The notes: generated from the sequence alone by a model not told the origin. A DNA stretch of 64,000 nucleotides from Octopus bimaculoides (GCF_001194135.2 NC_068984.1:4214407-4278406); one strand, 5' to 3'. Counted from the first letter of the stretch, positions 12,524-25,440 are shown. A program made the numbers and translations.

Positions 12524-12752
12524 AAAGGTCACTGACCTCTACAAAGGTTAAAGGTCACTGACATTCTTCATCTCACTGACCTACAAAGGTTAAAGGACAC
12601 TGACATTCCTCACCTCACTGACTTCTACAAAGGTTAAAGGTCACTGACATTCTTCATCTCACTGACCTACAAAGGTTAAAGGTCACTGACATTCTCCACC
12701 TCACTGACCTACAAAGGTTAAAGGTTACCCACTTGCCTGATCTCACTGACCT
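12524..12752. repeat. ~42-44-bp tandem repeat rich in AGGTCA/AGGTTA/TGACCT half-sites
   Basis: About 5 units of acaaaggttaaaggtcactgacattcttcatctcactgacct. Confidence 0.92.
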
Positions 12753-13101
12753 GCGTATGAAACATCCAGTACAGTTATCTCCCTTTTAAAGCACTGAAAA
12801 GTTACAAACTTTCATTTGGACACCATCACATGACAAATATTCCTCAGGAGTCCAGTGTATCTCTGTGACATTATAGATATTCTTAGGAGTACAATTTATT
12901 CCTCTTCTGCCATTCTCCCAGTTCTGTGTTTTTTTTGTATTTTGTTAATTTAATTCTATCACATTATTTCTCTACATCTTACAAATATTCTCAGCATCTT
13001 CACCACCATCATCATCATCACTAGTATCACCATTACTAGAAGCGCTATCTATGACCATGAGAAGCATCTGTATGGTCACTTCACCTGCTAGAAATAGCAA
13101 C

Positions 13102-13335
13102 GAAAGGCGGCGAGCTGGCAGAAACGTTAGCACACTGGGCAAAATGCTTAGCGGTATTTTGTCTGCTGTTACATTATGAGTTCAAATTCCGCTGAGGTTG
13201 ACTTTGCCTTTCATCCTTTCAGGGTCAATAAATTAAGTACCAGTTACACACTGGGTCGATGTAATCGACTTAATCACTTTGTCTGTCCTGGTTTGTCCCC
13301 TCTATGTTTAGCCCCTTGTGGGCAATAAAGAAATA
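13102..13335 (+). mobile_element. tRNA-head SINE family B, full length, with 12-bp TSD
   Basis: GGCGGCGAGCTGGCAGAAACG...GAGTTCAAATTCC...GCCTTTCATCCTTTCAGGGTCAATAAATTAAGTACC. AGAAATAGCAAC flanks it at 13090-13101 and 13336-13347. Confidence 0.85.
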
Positions 13336-14247
13336 AGAAATAGCAACCAAATCTCAATGAAACCACATCCTGCCCTCTTGTAAAAAGGAATGATACATCA
13401 GATAATGTGCACCTAGATAGACTATGTCATGGCTGAAATATCTTTGAATAAAGGCTTCTTTCGTGATTCCAATCTCAAATTAAACATTTGTCATCATCAT
13501 CATGGACGTTGTCATCATCTACCAACATAATTATTGTTAATTATTTGGCTACCACAGTAAATACTGAGTCTTTGAGATTATGTCTATGCCTAATAGATTT
13601 ACCAGTTTACTTCAGAGGAAAATCTCTTTGGAAATGAATAAACATCACAACAGCACATGTTCTTGGGGGTCTTTTTCTTTTTGTTTTATAGACCAGTTCC
13701 GGAAACTTCTCCCACCCCACCATTTTATTGTTGGCAATAATTAATCATCATTACCATCATCATCATCATCATCGTTTAACGGCCGCTTTCCATGCTAGCA
13801 TGGGTTACCACCATCACCATCATCATCACAACTATCACCACCACCACCACCACCACCATCACAGTTAGAATAATCTGCCTTCTTTCATCATCATCATTAT
13901 CATCATCATCATCATCACTAACAGCATTATTATCAGCATTAGTACATCCCTCTTGCTTCTCCCTCCCCCCTCTCTCTCTCTCTTGTCACTCACCAGCATC
14001 ATTATTATTAACCCTCTCTCCCTTACCACCATCCACCCCTGAAATCACCCTACATTTGCTGTGTACCTTTTTATGTGTTTATTTACATTCAGGGTGGGGT
14101 AAATACAAAACTAACTAAACAAACAAGTGAAGAATGCAAAGAGCAGAGCCTGCTGCTGCTGCTGTTGCGGAAACAACTGTGGGGGGGATGGCTGTTGATG
14201 GGATGGAGGTGGGTAATATGGGCATGTATGTACATGTGTGTGTGTAT

Positions 14248-14296
<49 letters not shown>

Positions 14297-14708
14297 CTGT
14301 ATGTATATAGACAGATAGTTAGATAGATAGATATTCTATATTTATATGTGTGTATGTATGCGTGTGTGAGGGAGAGAGAGTGTGAATTCAGCAAGACCAA
14401 ATGCTTCCCCTACCCTTCTGTTGCACTCCACTCCTACCCCCTGCTGTCCCCACAGAGGACGCTGCAAGTTATGGGTGTTGCACTGGTTATGATGAGTCAT
14501 TAAGAGATAAATTGACACGGGGGTCAACATAACTGTTCTTTTTTTTTTAGGGTGTAGGAGTACAAATCCACATTTACACACACATTTATACACACAGCTC
14601 TCTCATCCACTTACATTACAACAACACAAACGCACACATAAACTCCATCCTATAAATACTCACAAACGTATAAGCATCACTAGGAAACACACACACAACT
14701 ATATGTAG

Positions 14709-14778
<70 letters not shown>

Positions 14779-14999
14779 ATGTGTATACACTTCTTTATCC
14801 ATCCAGCATTTTATATAAACACTTCTCAGAGTGTTAATATCACAAACTTACTGGCATACAGTTGAACCAATGTACGTACATACACACGTGAAACGTATCT
14901 TCCACTCATACATATAGACATGCATATACACCCATACATATACACATACATATAAACACATACAGACATATATATGTATGTATATATATGTATGTCATG

Positions 15000-15372
15000 G
15001 AACTCTGTCAGTTATGACAACGAGGGTTCCAGTTGATTCGATCAACAGAACAGCTTGCTCGTGAAATTAACGGGCAAGTGGCTGAGCACTCCACAGACAC
15101 GTGTACCCTTAACGTAGTTCTCGGGGAGATTCAGCGTGACAGAGTGTGACAAGGCTGGCCCCTTTGAATTACAGGTACAACAGAAACAGGAAGTAAGAGT
15201 GAGAGAAAGTTGTAGTGATAGAGTACACCAAGGTTCGCCACCACCCTCTGCTGGAGCCTCGTGGAGCTTTAGATGTCTTCACTCAATAAACACTCATAAT
15301 GCCTGATCTGGGAATTGAAACCGTGATCCAAGACCACAAGTCCGCTGCCTTAACCACTGGACCATTGTGCCT
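15000..15372 (-). mobile_element. tRNA-head SINE (third family)
   Basis: The minus strand starts with a tRNA-like head (ggcacaatggtccagtggttaaggcagcggac...ggtttcaattccc), followed by a ~300-bp GC-richer body. Confidence 0.7.
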
Positions 15373-15712
15373 GTCATTTAACATCCGCTTTCCATGCTCA
15401 CTTACATATTCATACACATATACATACAAACAAATAGTTGACCTATAAAACCATGCAAAGCAGGCTGGAAATACATGTATTTTCAACCTGCTTTGAAAAT
15501 TGTATATGAATGCTTTTTATTTTTATTGTCAGCATATTACTGATAATAATAATAATAAGGCCCTGACGAGATGTAGTATCCCATATTTTATAATATGCAA
15601 GAATCGATCTGGATATTGCATCAAAATGATCATAGGTCATTTTCATTGTTATTATTGTTATAATAAAGNNNNNNNNNNNNNNNNNNNNNNNNNNNNNNNN
15701 NNNNNNNNNNNN

Positions 15713-15751
<39 letters not shown>

Positions 15752-15757
15752 TATATA

Positions 15758-15797
<40 letters not shown>

Positions 15798-16599
15798 TAT
15801 ATATATATTTTAATTTATTATATATATTAATATTATCTTGGTTGAAAAACTTTGATAATACAAATAGGTTAATAGTTACCTGGGTAGCAAAAATCACACA
15901 AAAACTGGGATATTATACCCGGTTAATGGGTAGGAATATGGTTCCTTGACGATGAAATTATGTGTATATACCAGCATCTCTCACTTCTTTGCAGTAGAGT
16001 GCACATAATTTTTGAAACATATGTAGGAATTAAAGGAACTTATTGATTATATGCGTTTTGCTCCATTTATTATTATTATTCTTTATATATATATAACAAT
16101 AGTTGAGAAGATAATGAGTCAATGTCTGTTTGACACCGAAACCATAGAAATTTTTTCAAGACACCCAATCTAATGGTGGTTAATCAAATGCAAGAGCATT
16201 GTGGTAATCTCTGTTTAATTATGGCTAACTAACTGGGATAGTAATAATAATTAGGTAAAATAGTCAGATTGATGACTTTCAAACAACATTTATAAACAGT
16301 TATGTGTGTGTGTGTTTAGATTGTTGTTGTTGTTATTTTGTCACAAGTCTTCCCTATTGAAGCTGTCTTGTTATCAAAGACCTTCCAACCATGACTATTC
16401 TTTTACATTAGAATCAACATAATGTCTGACGTATGTTGAGTATAAAACTAAATCAGAGACACTCTGCAGAAATTGAATGTGAAATTGTCGCATTGAGCAA
16501 CACAACTTGAATGGTTTCGTAAGAGGGATGTAGTGGTCGGTTGAATGCACGAAGAAGCAGCTAGCATCATCAATATTGTCATCAGTATTTTCACTGATT

Positions 16600-16775
16600 G
16601 TATAGCATTGTCATCACTAGCATCATCATCATCGTCGTCATCATTATCTTCCACATTGTCATCATCACCACTGTCAACATTATCATCATTAACAATATCA
16701 TCATCAACAATATCATCATCACCATCATCATTGATAAGGTCATCATCATCATCATCATCGTCAACATCATTTGTC
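16600..16775. repeat. Imperfect (CAT/CAA)n low-complexity tract
   Basis: Direct reading of the sequence. It gives poly-S, poly-I and poly-M pseudo-ORFs. Confidence 0.9.
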
Positions 16776-17534
16776 GATACAATATTTAATTTCTCTCAGT
16801 TTAAACATCATTGAATTTTGCTTCTCATTCGTCACCTCCTCCTCCTCCTCCTGCTCCCAATTGATTATGTATTTTAAACTTATCACACACACACATTCTC
16901 CCTCTCTCTCTCTCTCCCTTTCTCTCCCGCACACGCACACACACACACACATACACACAGGTGTGCCTTTACTCAAAATCTAAAGCAAAATGCAAAAATA
17001 ATAAAAAAAACTAGTTAAAAAAAAACCATAAAAATTAAGGGAAGAAGAAGAAGAAGAAGAAGAAGAACAGCAAGAAGCGGCGGCGTTTTTGTGTGAAACA
17101 TCAGTGAAAGAGGATGTAAATGAAATGTTTAGAGTTAGGACCGTGTTATAGGGCATTATGNNNNNNNNNNNNNNNNNNNNNNNNNNNNNNNNNNNNNNNN
17201 NNNNNNNNNNNNNNNNNNNNNNNNNNNNNNNNNNNNNNNNNNNNNNNNNNNNNNNNNNNNNNNNNNNNNNNNNNNNNNNNNNNNNNNCAGATTGTTAGTC
17301 AAAACATAGAATCTATTCACTGACCTCTCTGGGGTCTGTCTCTATTGTTTCCCACGGAACAAAGTACTTGTTCCCACAACAAACAGGCAGCCCTTGTTGG
17401 TGATGGTGGTGGTGGTGGTGGTGGGGAAAGGGTTCAAGGGAGATGACAATAATATATGCCGCTTCCATAATTGTACATTTGCATAATGATGATGATGATG
17501 ATTAGGATAATGTTAGTCATGATGATGGTGATGG

Positions 17535-17567
<33 letters not shown>

Positions 17568-18319
17568 TAGCGATAACAACACTTTTATAATTTCACTAAA
17601 ACTTTCATTTCATTTGCATGTGCTGTCTGTCTGTTTTTGCTTCTCTCTCTCTCTCTCTCTCTCGCAAATATCTACAGAACGTTTCTTTCCCCCTCCTCTT
17701 TCTTACCCCTCCCCGCACACACGGACATATTAGTAAAGTAATGCATATGTATCATGGTTATGAATTTAAGAAGTTTGTCTGACAACCACATGGTTCTGGG
17801 TTCAATTCCACTGCAAGGCAATACTACTTTGTCATAAATTAGATTACACTACTTCTCTCAAGAAACCTTTGCTCTCTCTCACACACATACACACATGCAC
17901 ATACACACACACACGCACACACACATACATACACAGAAACCTGCATAGTGTGTGTGTGTGTGGCTTAAGGATTAGCAGACCTGGGGCTCACAATTGTGAG
18001 TTCATGAGTCTGATCGCTGGCAAAGGGAAGTAGTTGATGAAACTACAACCTTTGTTCTTCAAACGAATAATTAACGTCACTTACCTGGACATTGTTGCAA
18101 CTATTTATGGAACCAGAGTCAGATTCTTGATTCACCTGAAGTTTTCGGTGTCATATTCAAGAGATGAGGAATTATGTACATTATTTACATTATTTACATT
18201 TGATGGGCACATGGCATAGTGGTTAAAATTTTTATATGATTCCATCTCAGTTTTACAGAATTGGTAGGATAGCATCCAACTTTGTTTCATGTAAGAAACA
18301 TAGTGAAACCAAAGAGTAT

Positions 18320-18770
18320 TGCTGACAGACAATCATCATCATCATCATCATCATCGTTTAATGTCTGTTTTCCATGCTGGCATGGGTTGGATGGTTCGAC
18401 TGGGGTCTAGAAAGCCAGGAGGCTGCACCAGGCCCCAATCTGATCTGGCAGTGTTTCTACAGCTGGATGCCCTTCCTAACGCCAACCACTCTGAGAGTGT
18501 AGTGGGTGCTTTTTTACATGCCACCAGCACAGGCGCCAGAGGGGGCTGGCATCGACTACGATTGGATGGTGCTTTTTATGTGCCACCGGCATGGAAGCCA
18601 GTCAAGCCGGCTCTGGCATCAGCCACGTTTGGATGGTGCCTTTTACGTTCCACCGGCACGGGGATCACAACTACAATTTCCATTTGATTGTGATTTGATT
18701 TGATTTTGATATTGATGTTGATGTACTTGACTCAATAGGTCTCCTCAAGCACAGCATGTCGCCCTATGAT
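18320..18770 (-). mobile_element. RTE 3'UTR copy with 3 hairpin units
   Basis: Family tail, three ggtgc(t)tttta-gtgccaccggca units, and caataggtctcctcaagcacagc. Confidence 0.75.
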
Positions 18771-19082
18771 CAAGCATGGCAGTTCACACACATGCATTGT
18801 ACAATCTACCTTTCACTCTGAGCGAGAGGCCCTTTGTCACCAGTAGGGGTAGAAGCTTTCTGAACTTTGCCTAAGTCTAATTGTGATCTACAAGAACGTT
18901 TTTAATATTTTCAACCCTTTAGTATTTAAACCAGCCAAAATTTTCCAGCTGTTTTATGTTGAAACCAGACAGATCCAACCTCTCACACTTACCTTACAAT
19001 GTTGTTCTAAAAATAAACAATCACATCATCAAAATCTCAAAACTATGAGAAAATGCAAAAGATGAATTCAAAGCAGTATGGA

Positions 19083-21124
19083 TACAAGCTGGTATCAAAA
19101 TGTTCCCGAATTTGCTCTGTAGCGCACCAACAGATGGCAGCACACGGTTGCTTACACAGTGAGAGCTAGCAGTGACCTTTGTGAAGCAGGGTGATAAGTG
19201 ACATCGTTGTGTTTACTTTGCAAGTTGTGAAATTTTTGTTTTTGTGATCATGTGTGTGTGCTGTAGTCTGCAATTTTGTCATGGACAGGAACAAAGAGCC
19301 AATGAGAAATTCTGTGTTAAACTTGGGAAGTCTGCTACAGAGACATTTTTGAGCATGCTTTGGCAAGCTTATGGCAATGAGACAATGGATCGTATGCAAT
19401 GTTTTGAGTGACACGGATACTTCAAAAGTAGAAGATTGTCTCTGGAAGACAATGAGAGTTCTGGAAGACCTGCCTGAGTGTCACCCCTGGAAATGTGGTA
19501 TTGTGCATGTTATATCCTTATGCCTCCAATATCGTAGTACAGTTGATATTGTCAAAGATAAAGAATACACTGTAACAGTGTTATAACAATACAAAATAGA
19601 AACAGCAGCAGTAACAAACACGTAATGAACCAACAATCTTTTACTATCCAACAATCAATATTTCCAACACATTAATTCCAATTGTAAACTGTACCTGGAC
19701 TTCAAAGAACCAGCTACAAACTGCTGACTATGTCAAACCACTACTGTTTATATGTAGTAGTCCTGACTATTCTTGTTAGAGTGTGTTGTCCTTTTGTCAC
19801 AACATCTTCCCTTTTAAGATTTCGAGTTCCGAAGGAATAAAAAAATTTTATTTATTTTTTTTTTTTAGCAATTTTTTCGCTTGGACCTTATCTCAAGGTG
19901 TTTGGTCTGGAATTTGAAATTAGGAGTTTGAATTTTTACACAATATCGGCCTTTCCACAGAGTATCAGCCTGGAATGTGAAACTAGGAATTTGAATTTTT
20001 ATCCAATATTGGCCTTTAAACAGGACATGATAAGTGTTTTAGTGGTGGTACTTTGGCTGCCAAGCACGCAACCTCTACCAGCTTTCACCACTTTCTCGAT
20101 AATTCGGTGTATGCAACAGGTTGTACTGGGTTACATGTTACCAATAGCACCCAAGTGCAACCTGACTGTAACTCAGTCAACTGTTGTTGTTGTTGTTGTA
20201 ATATTTGCTTCTGCAACTCCTGTAGCTGTTCCTGTTGCTTCTCTTGAAGCTGTATTACTGCAGCTAATAGGTTCTCCATAATTTAACAATTTGTATGACA
20301 CACAAATTGTCAAATAACCTATGTGATCTTCAAAAAATTCTCGTCACCAGATGTTATATCCTTATACCTCCACTATCGTAGTATGGTCGATGTTGTCGAC
20401 AAAAGATAAAGAATACACTGTAATAGTGTTATAACAATACAAAATAGAAACAGTAACAAACACACAACAAACCAACAATCAATATTTCCAACACACTAAC
20501 TCAAACTGTAAACTGTACCTGGACGTTGAAGACCAAACTACAAACTACGTCAAACCACTACTATTTATCTGTAGTGGTCCCATCTTTTCCCATCAGGGGG
20601 TGTCGTACTCTCTCCACAACAGGGCATCAAGAATTCATCCCCCAGGCCCAGACCATCAATCTAGAGTTCTACTGTAATGTTTTGAAGCATTTGAAGGACA
20701 TTTGGTGAAAGTGACTGGATCTGTGGAACACAAAGAATTGAATTCTTTTTGATGACAATGTACTTTGTCACCGAACTCTTCTCGTGAGATTTTCATCAAG
20801 ATCAACATGGTATTGCTTCCACATTCACTCTATTTGCCAGATTTATCACCTGCAAACTTTCATCTCTTCTCCAAGATGAAAATGCAGCTCAAAGGTCACC
20901 ATTTTAACACCATTGTCAAAATCCAGAGCAAATTACAGAAGCTCCTCAACTCGCTTAGGGACAATGACTTCCAGACCAGATTCCAAAAGTGGCAGGAATC
21001 CTGGGGCCGGTGTATTGCTGTGCAAGGTGACTTTTTTGAAGGAGATGATGTTAAAAACTTGGGTAAATAAGTTATATTTTTATTAAGCATAATTAGTCTG
21101 GGAACTTTTTGATCTCATCTCATA
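19083..21124 (+). mobile_element. Decayed mariner with both TIRs, internally deleted and split by an LTR element
   Basis: Left TAcaagctggtATCAAAATGTTCCCgaa and right tctGGGAACTTTTTGATctcatctcaTA. The N-terminal part gives KFCVKLGKSATET...ESSGRP. The C-terminal part gives GIVHQEFIPQAQTINLEFYCNVL...YLPDLSPANFHLFSKMK...FEGD (YSPDLAP-like). Confidence 0.92.
19508..20621 (-). mobile_element. Miniature non-autonomous LTR retroelement (Gypsy-like, TRIM-sized)
   Basis: Direct repeats 19508-19804 and 20352-20621, both TGTTATATCC...CACAACA. TSD gtgca (19503-19507) / gggca (20622-20626). Minus-strand PBS TGGTGACGAG (20349-20340), PPT AAAAGGGAAGA (19815-19805), and a Q-rich gag-like ORF 20279-20085. Confidence 0.88.
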
Positions 21125-23319
21125 AGCATTCATCTGACAGAATAATCTGAATGCTGATTGGTTAATGGATATAGTAAGGTTTGAACCTGTGACTCAGTGG
21201 CCTATACATGGTCAACTCTTTAACCTCATTCAATAGTCAATTATTGTTAACATTTTATCATACATTGTTTTCACTTTGTCTTCAAGGTTTTTTACTCTTT
21301 CACACAACCCTTCCAAAGTCAGTGTTTTGACAACCATTTTTCTTCTTTTAATAATTGAAATAACTCACAGTCTTTTCCTCGTCCTGGTTTTCTTTTCTCT
21401 TCCTCTCTTGTTTATTAAAAACATCACTGCAAAACTTGTAAACTCTTCACTTCCAAACCCAAACAATTTAATACAATTCTGTCAAATATATTTGTTATTC
21501 TGTTGTAATGGTTGATGTCCAGTGAGAGGTTTCAATAGTGGTCTCTACTAACCATAAAATTATAGGTTCATATTTCCTGTGCATGCGTTTGTCACAAAGT
21601 AATGGTTACCAATTATCGTGTCGGCCATCGAATGAATGATATGGTGGTGCTGGTGGTTGAGTTGTGTTCTGGTTGCGTATTAATGATACACAACACATGT
21701 GAACAATTAACAGAAGCTTTATTCACTGCACAAAATATTTTCCTTGTTGGTCTTGAATTAATAATACAAACAACAGACCAAACTCACTGGAAAAGACAAT
21801 TCTGTAGATATGACAAAATAGAGCTGTTTAGTAAGATTCTGTGAATACACTGTCAAGACTGGAGAAATATCACACTAAATTCTTGACTGCAAATCTGTAG
21901 CTGTTGTTTGCTAGGTTAGAATAAGACGTTATTAAAACAACTGTTAAATGCTGGAAAATGAGAATTTGGTTTTCATGGCGGTGATTCCCAACATTCTGAA
22001 ATTTGGCACCCAAAACTCCCCTATTTATGAGACTCGTTAGGAGATGTTCTAGACGATTCTAAAAGGTTGCATCATGTGATAGCTCAATGTTGAATGCTCA
22101 GATAATTGGCCGATCACACGAAATGTTTGTAACTAAGCCATGCTTTTACTTGGCAATTTGTCTATTTGGTTTCAAATCTGCTACACATTCATATCCTCTG
22201 TTCACTTAAGTTGATGCCCATCATCCCTCCCTGACTCCTGCTCTGTTGTATTTGTCCCCCCACTATCACGTGACAACTGATGTTGGTGCATTTATGTCCC
22301 CATAACTTAGCGGTCCAACAAAAGAGACCGATAGAATAAGTACTAGGCTTACAATGAAAGAGTCCTCATGTCGATTTGTTTGAGTAACAGCGGTGCTCCA
22401 GCATGGCCACAGTCAAATGACTGAAACCAATAAAAGAATATATATATATAGAGAGAGAGAGAGGGGGGGAGAGAGGGAGAGAGAGAGAGGTTGCTAAACC
22501 ACATGAAGGATATACTAAAGGATTTTACAAGAGCAGACATCCCTTTCAGGCAAGAATGGAATAGTAGTTCTGTGAAATGATGATGATGATGATAATATTA
22601 GAAGTGAATATATACCCTTTGTATTTCCAGTGCCCTGAATACCATTTACTGTCCTCAAGTCAAGCTATATACTGACCATGGGCCCAAACACTGTCCAGTT
22701 TTACGGTGCTTATATAATCGACCGTTTGGTTGATATTGTGTTAATGTTGCTCTGTCAGACCAACAGAGTAGCACTCAGCCTTGCAGAGGCTGTTCTTAAC
22801 AACCGACTGTCATTACCATAGCAACAGGGTGACAATGAAACATTGTGACATCATCATGACTTTCTGTTGTAAAGGTACCAAATAATGGAAGAGCAAACTG
22901 AGAGACAGCTGTCCACTGCAATTGGGCTTTGCAAGAAATGTCTACATAACAACTGTAATGTTCAATCAGCTGACCAATTTCTGCTTTTCCAAAGTTCTAT
23001 TGATTTTGGTAGATTCCATTTTCAGATTAGTTTGGTCTTGGGAATTGGATTTATTGACTTTTTACTGTCCTCTTCCGTGTGTTTATAAAAGTGACCACAT
23101 ACATGCATATGTTTGCTTAAACAGAGTGTGTGTGTGAATGCGCATGCGCATGTGTCTGTGTTTGTGTGTGTGTGTATATACACACACACACACACATATA
23201 CATATATATATGTATGTATGTATGTATGTATAATTCACGTATGAAATATATTTATTCTTTGTTCTTTGTCATTGTCTTCTCTGTATGTAAGAGCAACAAC
23301 AAAAACAATGATAATTATT

Positions 23320-23690
23320 TCAAATTTTTGCCACAAGGGCAGCTTGAGGGAGCTGGAGATGAGTCGATTACATCGACCCAGTGTTAAACTGGTACTTATG
23401 TTATCAACCCTGAAAGGATGAATAGCAAAGTTGACCTCAGTGGAATTTGAACTCACAACGTAGCGACAGACAAAATGCTATTAAGCATTTCATCCAGCGT
23501 ACTAACGATTCTGCCAGCTCACCACCTTCAGCAGAAACAATAATAATAATAATAATCCTTTCTACTGGAAGGAGAAGGCTTCAAATTCAGGGGAAGGGAC
23601 TAAGTCGATTACATCGACCCCAGTGTTCAACTGGTATTTAATTCATTGACCCTGAAAGGATGAAAGGCAAAGTCAACCTCAGCAGAATTT
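23320..23690 (-). mobile_element. Two tandem family B SINEs
   Basis: Two copies of gtcgattacatcgaccccagtgtt-aactggta...cctgaaaggatgaa...gaatttga. Confidence 0.75.
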
Positions 23691-23774
23691 GATAATAGTA
23701 ATAATGATGATGAGGAAGAGGATGAGGATGATAGCCTCTCCCAGCAAAGACAGCATAGAAGTGTTCAGCTGTTT

Positions 23775-24032
23775 TGCCGAACGACCTGCACAAATGGTTT
23801 ACTTATAGTGATCGAATGTTCATGTTACACATTAGCTCACTCCCTCCTCCATCAAATCGATGTTACCTGAACAGGTGCACACAGGTGTACCACACATCAG
23901 GTGTCGATGTGATCGCAGAGCAACGTGAGATGAAGTGGTTTGTTCAAGAACACAATGCACCACCCAGTCCAGGAATTGAAATCACAATTGCTTGATCATG
24001 AGTCCAACACCCTAAGCACTAAGCCATGTGCC
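23775..24032 (-). mobile_element. CORE-like tRNA SINE
   Basis: Minus strand reads ggcacatggcttagtgcttagggtgttggactc...tttcaattcctgg...tgtgttcttgaacaaaccacttcatctcac (tRNA head plus CORE-like box). Confidence 0.65.
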
Positions 24033-24078
24033 ATCCTTCTTTTGATGACGTCACTTTAATAATAATAATAGTAATAAT

Positions 24079-24449
24079 AACAAGAGCACTCAGTGAGCGC
24101 AAGCCTCCGCCAAGGCAACGCCAACATCCCCTCAACGATTAACCAGAGATGATTTTTATGATGAGAATATCTGAAATAAACTCGACTGCTCTCACAAACG
24201 AGATTACTAAAAATGGACCCGACCGCTGTCAAAAATTAAGTAAAAAAAAACCAGAAAAATAATCCAGAATCCTTGTCTGGTATTGGATCAATCCCAGATT
24301 CTAATCCGTTTGTGCCAGTCACAAGGCCAAACATCCCTGAAAGTTTCATCCAAATCCATCCAGCGGTTCTTGAGATATCTTGTCCATGGACAAACAAACA
24401 AACGTGACTGCAAACAATACTTCTGCCTTCGCTAAGGCAGAGGTAATAA
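24079..24449 (-). mobile_element. Helentron-associated non-autonomous element (HINE/DINE-1-like)
   Basis: Subterminal inverted repeats CCTCCGCC (24104-24111) / GGCAGAGG (24436-24443). Short palindrome GCCTT-cgct-AAGGC (24425-24438), terminal hairpin gagcactcagtgagcgc, internal (ACAA)n, and insertion in an AAT run with no TSD. Confidence 0.72.
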
Positions 24450-24660
24450 TCCTTTCTACTATAAGCACAAGGCCTGGATTTTGTGAGGAGGGGAATGATC
24501 AATTACATCGATCCCAGTAACTGACTGGCACTTAGTTTATTGACCCTGAAAGGATGGAAGGCAAAGTTGACCTTGACAGAATTTGAACTCAGAATGTAAA
24601 GACAGATGAAATGCCGTTAAGTTTTTCGCCCAACATGCTAATGATTCTGCCAGCTCACAA
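24444..24660 (-). mobile_element. Family B SINE
   Basis: taataatcctttctact...ccctgaaaggatggaaggcaaagttgacctt...gaatttgaactcagaatgt. Confidence 0.7.
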
Positions 24661-24844
24661 TAACAATAATAATAATAATGTATTTTTGTGCATGTGTAAG
24701 CAGGCTTGGTTCTGTAGTTCAGAAGTTTGTTTTACAGCCATGTTTTCAGGTTCAATCCAATTTCATGGTACCCTGGACAATGAATTAGGACAACCAAAGC
24801 TTTCAGAGTGGATTTTAGTAGAGGGAAACTAACAGAAGCTTGTC

Positions 24845-24880
<36 letters not shown>

Positions 24881-25440
24881 ATCCATGTAAGTATGCTGCT
24901 TACCTACCTGTGTGTGAGTCAGTCAAAGAAACAAATAAAAGACATGTAAAGGAAGAGGGATTGTTTGGGTGGCTGTGGGAATCAACAGGGAATTTTGCAT
25001 TTAGGTTTTATGGTGTTGTATATTTTATTTTATAGGGATTTCAAGGTGTTTTTACTACATCACGACGTGGGTTCCATCCTTGTTATGGCCTTGTCTGGAT
25101 TTTCGGTGAACAATGGACCAATGGACAACACACTGTGAATTCTGTATTGTAATAGTTTTGATGAAATAATTTTGAAATGCACGAATGTTACAATATTGAG
25201 ATTAAAATTAAATTGGAAGGGAAATTTAAAATTCAGAAAGATTTATGAGGGTGGATGTTAATCAGAAATTATCAGAATTATTTCAACATTTGAAAATTTA
25301 AGTAATTTCTACAAGGTAGAGGGTTTGATGAGGTGTGTAGTGTATTGTGGTAGATTACATGAGGTGTGTATATATATATGTGAGTGTGTGTATGTATACA
25401 TTCATGCATGTATGTATACATATATATGTGTGTGTGTGTA

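Noticed and set aside
13102-13200. tRNA-like A/B boxes here and at other SINE heads
   Set aside because: They continue into SINE bodies and show no complete cloverleaf, so they are not tRNA genes.
22809-22827. RFX X-box-like motif ATTACCATAGCAAC
   Set aside because: It is a single motif with one mismatch and no recognisable promoter nearby, which is expected by chance in 64 kb.
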